A stretch of 63,729 nucleotides of DNA, counting the filler, from Rhabdomonas costata (lineage: Eukaryota), in NCBI GenBank assembly GCA_019059605.1. It is 26 parts of 26 records of this genome, joined end to end, with 100 filler letters (N's around TTAATTAATTAA, not from the genome) between each part and the next. Parts side by side here need not be neighbours in the genome. Positions count along the whole stretch, not along the records: positions 51,560 to 53,914 come from JAHMHO010003858.1; positions 54,015 to 56,368 come from JAHMHO010003859.1; positions 56,469 to 58,822 come from JAHMHO010003860.1; positions 58,923 to 61,276 come from JAHMHO010003861.1; positions 61,377 to 63,729 come from JAHMHO010003862.1; 21 more parts are not named here. One strand, written 5' to 3'. Positions 53,845 through 63,729 of the stretch are shown here, in pieces. The translations under genes and the position numbers were made by a program. The first letter of the stretch is position 1. The number at the start of each line of letters is the position of its first letter. Below the pieces are notes generated by a model. It saw only the letters and a program-made list of their open reading frames with translations. It was not told where the DNA came from and did not search any database.

Positions 53845-56507
53845 CTGCGGATGGTATTGTAGGGCCCAGACGAAGTGCCAGGCGAAAAATGGGAAGGGGA
53901 CCCACAAACCAAAGNNNNNNNNNNNNNNNNNNNNNNNNNNNNNNNNNNNNNNNNNNNNTTAATTAATTAANNNNNNNNNNNNNNNNNNNNNNNNNNNNNN
54001 NNNNNNNNNNNNNNTTGGGGGGAGCGCTTCGCGTTTAGCCACGTGCTCTGCACTTCGTCGGAAGAACTTGCCTCGCTTCTTCCTCGGTGCATAGCACCCG
54101 TTCGAGTTCCCAAGGAAACATATTTACTGCTACTCCCGACGCGCTGCGACGCGTCCACTATGCAGGCATCGCGTGCTGAACAGGTGTTCTCAGCTTCAGC
54201 ATTTGCCCTAATCCCGCCGGTTGTCACATCCATGAACTCTGTCCGAAACCCCATCCCGTAGCGTCATTCGCTTTTTCGCCAATGCCACACTATTTTATTG
54301 GTTTTAGTCGTCGCTCCCTCCCTCCCCCTTTTTTTTCTGCACGCTCTCTTCCTCTCCCTCGTTCATTCCCCTTCGGTTCAGGTCCCTCTCCTTTCCCTGG
54401 CATCCTTCCCTTCACACCCTCTTCTCATGCCTCGCCCTGCAACATAGTACCTCTTGTGTTGTTGTTGAAAAAAATTCATTGCTTCTTCGCGGACCCTGAA
54501 CCCTGTCCCATTTGCCGCATTTCAATTTGTGTGAAGACCCTCCAGGGGCAGCAGGATGGCACGCTGTTAATTCAGGAGAGATGCAGCACCGTGGATCGGA
54601 CCTGGGAGCAGAGAATAGGGCGCTCCAGGGGCTAAGCAGGGCAAGGGCCGCGACCCAAGCTACCAACCAGGAGCAGTTACGCCCGAAGTACTGCGCTGGG
54701 AGGGCCCTGCTCGCTACGAGGCGCCACACAAGCCAGTTGCTGAGCAATAATGTGTTTTTTCTTCGCAATTTGGGCTTAAAGGGCTCACAAGTTCTTGATC
54801 AAAGATGTAGACCACCTCTCGGATGAAAACACATGAATTTGTAAAAATGGGGGTAACCCAGTCGAATGTTCTCCCGAAAGTCATCTCTGCAAAGAAGGCC
54901 AACTCACAGGGCGTGCCCGTACAAACGGGGTGTCAGTGTCCATTGAGGAGCAAGCAAACAGACAACAAGAAACATCGAAGAAACAGCCACGTGGTGAAGA
55001 GCGACAGAGGTATCAGGAGGATCAAACGAACAGACCCGTGTGGGTGTGTGTGCTTCTTTTTGCTTGCTGTCTTTATCAGGACATTGTTAAAGTCGTTTCT
55101 CTTTTCCGACGGCACGATCCGTCAACAACCACAGCGTGCCGAAAAGGGCCTGCTCACTGCCTGTTTTAAGTGGGTTACAAACTCCCGACTGACTGTATAG
55201 CCACCACACCAGCACCCCCCCACCCCACACACACACACACACGTACACACATCCATGCTTTGCAAGATTTATTCCGTCTTTGTTCCTCAATTGCATGCAA
55301 ATGTTCTGCACCGAAACTCGTGCTCTTCCGCTGCTTCTCATTTACGAACTCTGCCGTCCCTCTGTGGGAAGTTCCCATCCTAACTCTGTTTCTTTTCTTC
55401 TAACTTTCTCCACTTGTGGAAAATTGTGGAAAAGCGCGCTGGTAACTTTCACCTTTCCGACAGATGCCACATACGTTTGAACCTGGAAAACACAAAACCA
55501 ACAACTTTGTGAATAAATTCGTGAGCCAAAAACTTTGAACCAAATGCAAGCCAAACACATGGGTGAAAAAGGTAACGTAATATAGCAATGAAAGAAATAA
55601 CCTTGCGTTCAGACATTTGTGCGAGGGGGAAGTAGGAAGTGCTCGGTAGGTCGCGGCAACGCTCCAACTTACGGTGAACATTCAACCTGTTCCACCTCAA
55701 ACCCAGTTAAAAACGTTAAAAAAAATAAAACACTGAAATCACGAAATTGAATTTTCATTTTCTTTTCGTTTTGAAAGAGTTGGTAGCTGGAGTTTGTTGG
55801 TGTGGGTTGTAAAATCCGGCATTGCTGTGACCTGTGCACGCGGTTCTTCGAATCTTTGATGGTGAAAATTTTTGTACTGAAATCAACATTAGAGGCGAAA
55901 GACGGGTACGCGTTACAGGTCTCCAACCTTCCAACCTGCATTCCATTTCTCTTTGTATGCTGTGATTTGGCGACGCCTCACAGCTCCGCTGTGCTGTGAC
56001 CTCTCGCAAAAAGAAACTATCTTGAAGGTGGAAGGTGGTTTCGTTTTGTTTTCATTTTTTCTTGTTTTCGTTTTTTCCTCCTAGTCCAACGCAACTTTTT
56101 TTGTTCCTACCTTTCATCCCCTTCAAAATGCTCAGTCGCGCCGAGGACTTTCCTCAGCACAAGCCGGTTGCTCCTCTTAGCCGTTTTGTATCATTTATTC
56201 CCAGCCCCACCCCAACTAAGGACTATGTCTGTGGTTCCTCGTCTGTGCTGGAATTACCTTCTGCGATCGGATTGTGTGTATCTGTGTTCAACTGTGCCGC
56301 GGAGTGGGCTGGCCACACGGTCCGATCGCAGAAGGTAATTCCAGCACAGACGAGGAACCACAAACCACNNNNNNNNNNNNNNNNNNNNNNNNNNNNNNNN
56401 NNNNNNNNNNNNTTAATTAATTAANNNNNNNNNNNNNNNNNNNNNNNNNNNNNNNNNNNNNNNNNNNNGGGGTATTTTCACCTTGCCTCTGCCCTTTTGC
56501 GGCTCAG

Positions 56508-58822
56508 GGTAAGCTACATGCTGGGCCTCAGCGGGCCCAGTATCTCCGTGCAGTGCAGCTGCGCCACCTCCGCGGCGTGCGTCAATCTGGCCACCGCAGC
56601 GCTGGCGCTGCAGGACTGCTCCATGGCCCTGACCGGGGCCAGCTCCGTCATCAGCCCACAGACCTACGGCTACATCTGGACCGAAGGTGCCGAGGCAGTG
56701 CTTGGTGGGGTACTGCAGTCCCCACTCTGCCTTGTTGTGTGCAGAGAGGAGAATATAATGCAGAAGGCATTTTTACCGGCCACCGTTAGACCCAACCCGT
56801 TCGTGGGGTGGCTGAGGTCGAAAGCAAACAAATGGGATGTTGTCTTCCACTTGGCTCTTTGTGCTTTTGCTTGCAATCTTTGTTCCACGTCCGCCAGGGA
56901 ATGTGCTTTCTCGAGATGGCCACGTGCGCACCTTCGATGCCAACACAACGGGTACGGTGGTCACTGACGGCGTGGGCGTGGTTCTGTTGAAGCGCCTCTC
57001 CGACGCCATTGCGGATCGGTATCCATCCTGACCCTACATTTTCACCACAACTACCACAGCGTTAAAAGCATTCAGCGTTGCTGCGAGAAGGAAGTTGCCA
57101 ACTCACAAAAGAAAGATTATGAAAAGCACATCGTCAACAGGTCGCGATAACCTGTGAGAAAGATTTAGAATGCGTCAAAAGTCACCAGGGCTCACTGCTT
57201 TCACCACAACACACAACACACACACACACACACGCAAATAAACGCGCTCACTCACTCGCTCACTCTCACAAATACACGCACCTCCGCACCCTTTGCGGTA
57301 TTGCCTCATCTCTTGGGGGAGGGAGGTGACGTAGTAGGTTCCCTTTTGTGTTGTTTTCAGGGCATTAGAAGACCTTTGAAGCGCTTGCACTATTGGCCAA
57401 GGGAAGGGTTGATGTTGCCCCATTCTAAAATGGTATGGTAATTGCTTTTGCCATTGCATCTGCCTGGGACCTTGCCAGTTTGGATCCAGTAATAATTCTG
57501 CTACACACTTACTCCCCCCCCCCGTCTCTCTGTTTCTCTCGCATTGCAAGATGCGCACAGGGAGACCGAGGCATAGAGATGCGTCACCTTTTCCTTCTGC
57601 TCCTCGTTCCAGCGACACGGTGTACTCCGTGGTGCAGTACGTTGGGGTCAGTAACGACGGCACGAAGGCCTCCTTCCACTCTCCCTCCGCCGCTGGGCAG
57701 GCCGCCGCGATTGAGGCGGCTTACAGCAGCACCGGAGTCAATCCTGAGAACGTGAGCTACGTCGAGGCTCACGGCTCGGGAACCATCATCGGTGCTGATC
57801 CCTGTTCCGAGCATGATTGCACGTGAGCAAATGTTCTTGTTCGATCGGGCAAAGACCATGTAACATAATTTTTGTGAGGTGGCTTGCTACTACAATTGCT
57901 TGCTACTGTATTTTTTTTAAAACACACCAGCTCCCTTGGGTCGTCGCACCCCCAGCCCTTGAATTAAGGCTTTTATTTTTTTTCGGAAAGACGCGCAGTA
58001 AGAATCGAACTTTTTTTCTCCGGTGACATGGCATTTGACCCTGGGAGAGGGCGGAAGTTAAATCGAAAACAAAAACCATGCATAAAGCAGGTGGGTTTTG
58101 GACAACCCATATCTCCATTGTGGCGTGATGACTGTGCGTTGGGACAAATTTCCCTCAATTCCTTATTTTCCTGGGTTGCTTTTTATTTGGTGCGGGGACG
58201 GGGGGGCGGTGTACAGGGGATCCCGTTGAGCTTCAGTCCCTCACCACGGCCTTCCGAAAGTTCACCCCGCGCTCCCGCTTCTGCGTCGTGGGCAGCCTCA
58301 AGCCCAATGTGGGTCACGCGAACATCGCTTCTGGGATGGCCAGCCTGATCAAGATCACCCTTATGCTCTCCAGAGGGGTCATCCCGCCGCAGGTTTGCTG
58401 CTAAGGCTGGTCAACGTGGGGATTCCAGAAAAAAGATGAGGTTCAAACTCTTAGGATGTGGATGACCTTCCAGTTATGTACATTTGTTCTGCAGTGACTG
58501 GAATTTAGTATCTCAATAGTGTACTGGGGTTTATCTCGTTGTTATATCGGGTCTGAGTCATCCACCAGACACAGCCCTATATGCGTCCTCTGTCCAGTTT
58601 TCCCTGTATTTGTGTCCCTATGCACCTGTGGGCGAGTGCTGCTTTGCCTTTTTGCCCATCTCTACGGTCTCTACTGATCTGTACGCGTTGCTCTGTACGC
58701 CTTGCCCGGAAGTGTATTCGAGGTATAATCTCTTCTTCACAGATCAACCTCACCCGCCCCAGCCCCAGCCTAGCTCTGGCGGACTCCCCCTTCAACCTGG
58801 CCGGCTCCTCCGCCACCCCTAA
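56508..58822 (+). CDS. Type I polyketide synthase ketosynthase (KS) domain, five exons
   Basis: RVSYMLGLSGPSISVQCSCATS (catalytic Cys), SRDGHVRTFDA, VLLKRLSDAIAD, SNDG, YVEAHGSGTIIGDPVE (His), GSLKPNVGH (His), IPPQ|INL...DSPF. Four GT-AG introns in phase. Confidence 0.93.
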
Positions 58823-59269
58823 NNNNNNNNNNNNNNNNNNNNNNNNNNNNNNNNNNNNNNNNNNNNTTAATTAATTAANNNNNNNNNNNNNNNNNNNNNN
58901 NNNNNNNNNNNNNNNNNNNNNNGTGGTGGGTGTGTTTGGGTGGTGGGGGTATCGATACATGCAGGCGAAAACGATGGGTTGATCACTCACAGGGAAAGGG
59001 CAAGCTTCCAATTATATTTCATTTATATTCCGGTCATAATTTTGGGTTTTCAGCTGATACGAGAAAAAGAAAGATGTACAGGTTGGGAATCTAAGGGTAA
59101 GGGCGGCTGAAATGCCGGAAAACATGCATGCCGGAAAACATTACATCGAACAAACAAGCTAATACTCAACCCTCACCCAGGGCACGGGATTCGTCATCAG
59201 CTTGCACCAGCCATGTTCCACGCGGAAACGCTGAAATCTGTTCCATAATCCGTGATGGCACAACACCCG

Positions 59270-61276
59270 AGCCGAAGAGGATGCTCCTCTGCTGCGCAAG
59301 GCAAGCACTTTCACGTCAGCAGGAGCCGCACCCTCCGCTGAGACTGCAGCCTGCACTACTGGGTCACCTGGATGACCTACACGCAGTGCATTTGTCGAGG
59401 ACATCACCACTGAAGATTTGGCGGAAGAGCTTGGACGGTCCTCGGGGGTGAGTAAAAAAAGGGCAAACGGTCTTTAAGTCTCAAGAGCCTCTCTCCCTCC
59501 TCCCTCTCTTGCCCCCACCTTTTCTGTCGCAGCTCACTGCACCATTGCCGTGCTCTTCACCGTGGCCACCGCGGCGAGCTGAGCCTGTTGAGTCCTAAAG
59601 TGCATCCATTCCAACGTACCAACAAACCAACCCAATCAAAAGCACACTCGCCCACTCCTGCGAAAAGTTCCTTCACAGGTTCACTTTTCCTCCTCTTGGA
59701 GCGTCTTGCTGCTGCGCTATTGCACTGCCATCACGGCTAACTGCCAGTTTCCTCCATGCCCACTAAAAGAAGTCACGCAGGAAGTTCACCAGCGTGGTAA
59801 GCGCAGCAGGCGCTTAAGAGACTGAGTCTTCAGATGTCACATGCCTTGAGATGTGTCACGGAGCGCGACCATTGCCGCGCCGCGGCTTGCCGGAGCTCCT
59901 GGGTGGCCCACAGCCCTCTCTCCCCAACCACGGAGCTCCAGTAGAGAAGCTCAAGCTTTGGCAGCCCGGAGGCCAGAGAGATGGCCGCAAGCCCGCAAAG
60001 AGAGCCTCGTGGCTGACAAATGGAGTATGGGCAACAGGTCGGGTATCCCCACACGCAGAGAGATAAAAATGCGTTAAGGTGCACATCCATTCCGAATCAT
60101 TTGCAAAATCATTAGCAAAATTATAGAAACGTATCACATATATCACATGAAATCCAGAAGTCTTTGAGTGTTGCACAGAAATATCCGCCACAAGGTGCAG
60201 TCCTGTGCTGAGAAAGAACGCGGTCAAAACAGCATTTGGGCAACCGCCCCCTCAAACTTTGCAAATACCACATCCCAACAAAAACTCGCTGACCGCCCAC
60301 ACCAAAGAGCTTAATAGCACACCACAACCCCACCTATTCCCCCACCGACAAACATGCAACACGTCCGACACTGAGGCCGCAAAGCCCGCCCCGCCCTCAC
60401 CAATCGCTCAGCGTCCCACTGCGATCTCCAGCTGAGGCCGACTCGCCACCGCTGCGGTCCTCAGCGGCCACAAAGTCTCTGGATTGCTGGACGTCATCTC
60501 CTCCGGTCCCACCCCGCCCTCCCGAGGAGACCCCGGGGGGCACTACCGTGAGTCATCCCTCCACAGGTCAGGTGAATGGGGTCCACACCACAGCGGTGAC
60601 CCCATTCACAGACCCACAACGCGGCGAGGCTCGCACACCACCACGACCCCACAGCGTCCATAGCGCCAGCCACGGCAGCACAGAAGGAGCTGCAGGACTC
60701 CCTTTGGTGATTCCCGTGGGGCTCTTCCTCCGTGGGGCACCAGAAGCCCAAACTGTTGCCACGCATGTCAAGCTCAGCCAGAGAGGATGCCGTGGCAATG
60801 GAGGGCCGGCGATGGAAGCTGCGCAGGGCGCAGTAGCTGAGATCAAGGACTCGCAGCGTGGGTGGCAGGTGGCTCAGGAATCCCAAATCGGACAGGGGGT
60901 TGAAAGCTAGCACAAGCCTCTGTAGCTATTCCAGCAGAAAGAAGCCCATCTCCACAATTCGTTCCCACCCAAAATGCTACTAAGGTTCCCTGGGATTTCA
61001 GTCAGGTTGCCCGCCTGTTGAGCTTATTTCTCCAGTTACACCACTCAAAGCGCTGGACCACATCTCCCCTCCGGTTGGTCTCTCTTCAGACTTTGGCTCT
61101 CTAAAGTGCTTCGCCTTCAAATCGGAAACCTCTCCCCCTTCATCACTTGGGCAGACCTGCAGCAGGCAGCACTCCCCCAATGAATCAGGCAGGCCCCGCA
61201 GCCCACGGCGCGCCAAGAGGGCCTCTGAGCCCTGCAGTGCCGCTGCGACATCCCCAGAGCCGCCGGACCCCAACAA
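59270..61276 (-). CDS. Leucine-rich-repeat protein, multi-exon, partial
   Basis: LARRGLRGLPDSLGECCLLQ|RLVLAFNPLSDL...TLRVLDLSYCAL...LAELDMRGNSL (LxxLxLxxN repeats). Downstream exon limits are uncertain. Confidence 0.7.
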
Positions 61277-61703
61277 NNNNNNNNNNNNNNNNNNNNNNNN
61301 NNNNNNNNNNNNNNNNNNNNTTAATTAATTAANNNNNNNNNNNNNNNNNNNNNNNNNNNNNNNNNNNNNNNNNNNNTTTATCCACAGCAGCAGGCACGGG
61401 TGTGTGGGGGTGGGGATTGGTGATTAGAAAAGCAAAGAACTGGGCGCTGGCAGAACACCCAAACGTGTGTGGGGAGGGGGTGCTACAAAAGTAGGGGGAA
61501 ACAAGTTGTTTTCAAGGCGATCATCGCTATCTTGCACGACCGCACGGACAGCCAGAAGTCCCGACGCACGTAGCAAGAGCCCTGCGACCGGCCCTGGCCT
61601 TGCGGCTATGGGTATGGGGGAAAGTACTTCTCTCACAGGATACCATAATAAGTGAAACCACCGATGGCAGACGGAGAGGTTCAGTGGAAAGACAGGCCGG
61701 GGC

Positions 61704-63237
61704 TCACGATGATCCTGCTGCAGCCTTCTTGGAGATCACCTTCTCTGCCTTTCCAAGCTCCACTTGCCGCGCGCCAGACGCGAATTTAAGGGTGGAGACC
61801 TGAGTAAGACGTGGTGGTGGTGGAACAGCTGAAGTTGGGGTCAACAAAACATTTCCAAATTTGTTACGATCCCATTTAGTATAGTCGCTAACCAGTTTGG
61901 TGATTTCATACAGGAAGGCAACTTTCTTTTTCAAAAAACCTGTCTACAGGTATAAACAGTGTTCACGTTTTGTAACAACCCGATGCATCTAAATGCATAA
62001 ATGTGGGTGAAATCATGGTGTTCACAGCCACCGCAATGAAATGCTACAAAGTGGGTCACACCAAAACAAGACTTTGCCGAATGCCGAATTTGGTGGTCAC
62101 TCTATTTTAGCATAGAGGAAGAAAAAGGAGAGAGAAGCAGGGCTCACCGTTTCCCCAACGTTGTCCACAATCATGGAAATGTTGGCAAACATCAAGCACT
62201 TGCAATTCCCACCTGCAAGAACGAGATTCGCAATGGACGGCAAAGCAGACCGGTTGGCCACGCAAAGAGGAGTGTGCTCGTATTTTTTAAGGCTAACCAA
62301 GGCAATTTTTCATGGATGAGATTCTCTTCTGCGGAGCAGCACTGGCAGCTCAGAACAGAATCCGCGGTGCTTCACATGGTTTCCCACTTTTAGTTTTCGA
62401 GTGAAAAACGCTTGTATCACAATAGTCCTGCGTATAGTTCAGTTTACTAAGTGAAGCGTGAAGTACGAAATTGCTGGACCTAACGAGTCCTGCAGCAAGC
62501 GGGTGAGGGCGGAGTTGCGGTAGGGGACGTGATCCCTCTTGTTGGCCAGCGCGTTGATCACCAGGCCTAAGTGGGTCAGCGAGCTGTTGATATTCTTGGC
62601 CTCCTCCACCCGGTCCTGACGGGACACAGTTCCCAAAGACGGGAGTCCAAGCTCACAAGAAGTAAAAACAAAGAATGGTCGACGTTTGCACGGGTGAGAA
62701 CCAGGCAGTCCCTTCCTCTTCTTCAACTCCTCCAAATCGAAAAGCACTCACTACGAAACAGACAGATAGCGAGAGGCGTGCGTTAAAACATTCGAATGTA
62801 TGCGACACATTGCCGAAAAACTCTGCCGAGATAGGCGAGAAACATGAACACAACATAATACATGACACCAGCCATGGGCCATTGCAGCAGACCTTGGCCG
62901 TAGCTCCAGTTTTGGCAAGCCGTTCACTTCCAGCCAGATCCACAAGGTGGAGCTTACCTTAGAAAAAGGCAAGAAGAACTAACTCGCTCGTACATTCGAC
63001 TGTAATTGCAAATTTTGCTTGGTGGACTGCTCTGCTTCTGTCTGAGGAATGAGCGAAAAAAGAAAAGCGAAATACTAAAACCCATACTGGCCAGAAAAAA
63101 TAGGGAGGAGGCGTCTGCACCGGTGGTAGCCTGCCCTGAGGCCTTGTTCGTCGTCTCGCAGTAGATGGACAGCAAGCAGTGGGAGCGCGAGCTGTGCTCG
63201 TTCATGTTCGTGCTGGCGGTCTTCCGGCACTCATAGC
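61704..63237 (-). CDS. C-terminal-motor kinesin (kinesin-14-like), last five exons
   Basis: [11 protein letters not shown] (switch I), LVDLAGSER (switch II), [43 protein letters not shown], then a stop shortly after the motor domain. Confidence 0.93.
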
Positions 63238-63729
63238 CTTCACGGGAATGCAAGGAAAGATGGCACCACAGCGCATTCAGATTGAAACACAACGAAACCC
63301 TACCAGACAGCAGGCGCGAGACAGCAAAGGAAAGCCCGCTGCCGACGTTACTCTTAAATCTGTCCTTTGGAAAACAGAACAACAAGGCAGGACGTCCACA
63401 CATTTGTGCATGGGCGAGAATTATTATGAAATTCAGAACTTAATCGGAACCTTTTTGAGGAACCTTTCGTGCAATTTTCTTGTTCCGCTTCCAGGGCTTG
63501 TAATGCAGATCACTCCTCAACATTTGGGCCGAAGTCCACGAGAAACGATAATGAGGTAGTATGACCAACCAAGGTGTGACTCCAGATCTCTCTGCTCGCC
63601 CATTCTCGGATTGCAGATCACCCTTCTACGGCAGCATAGCCCTTTAGAAACCTTCACGGTTTCCGGGCTCGAGCTTCCACAGCCACGCACACACAACACG
63701 CGGACCTTTCTGCATTGTGACCACCCACA

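Noticed and set aside
54015-56368. Short ORFs and a possible exon near 54548-54720
   Set aside because: No frame could be supported by motif or phase-consistent splicing.

Overview
This is not a contiguous locus. It is 26 unrelated eukaryotic contigs of about 2.35 kb, joined by 25 artificial 100-nt linkers (N44-TTAATTAATTAA-N44), so nothing can be inferred across linkers. Contig ends carry G/T-only or C/A-only primer-like tails, consistent with single-cell whole-genome amplification (WGA). The organism is an intron-rich protist; a euglenozoan, possibly a euglenid, is plausible but unproven. By hand-splicing exons I recover partial genes for V-ATPase subunit a, a NudC/CS protein, an EF-hand-like protein, two tandem secreted chagasin-like proteins, a nucleoside-phosphorylase-like protein, a GAF protein, a GBP-like GTPase, PARG, an IPT/TIG protein, a TDP2-like EEP enzyme, a PstS-like/HECT chimera, ATAD2, RNase Z, a type I PKS ketosynthase, an LRR protein and a kinesin-14. 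There are also decayed DIRS-, gypsy- and LINE-like elements and a MITE. The most interesting signals are: (1) an in-frame fusion of a PstS-like phosphate-binding domain to a HECT catalytic C-lobe, which may be real or a WGA chimera; (2) an unusual 5' splice-site grammar (invariant G at -1, pyrimidine at +4, several GC donors); (3) an apparently intronless, bacterial-like nucleoside-phosphorylase-fold gene with one in-frame TGA; and (4) an intron-split, hybrid NRPS-PKS-type KS domain. All calls are by eye; no database searches were run.
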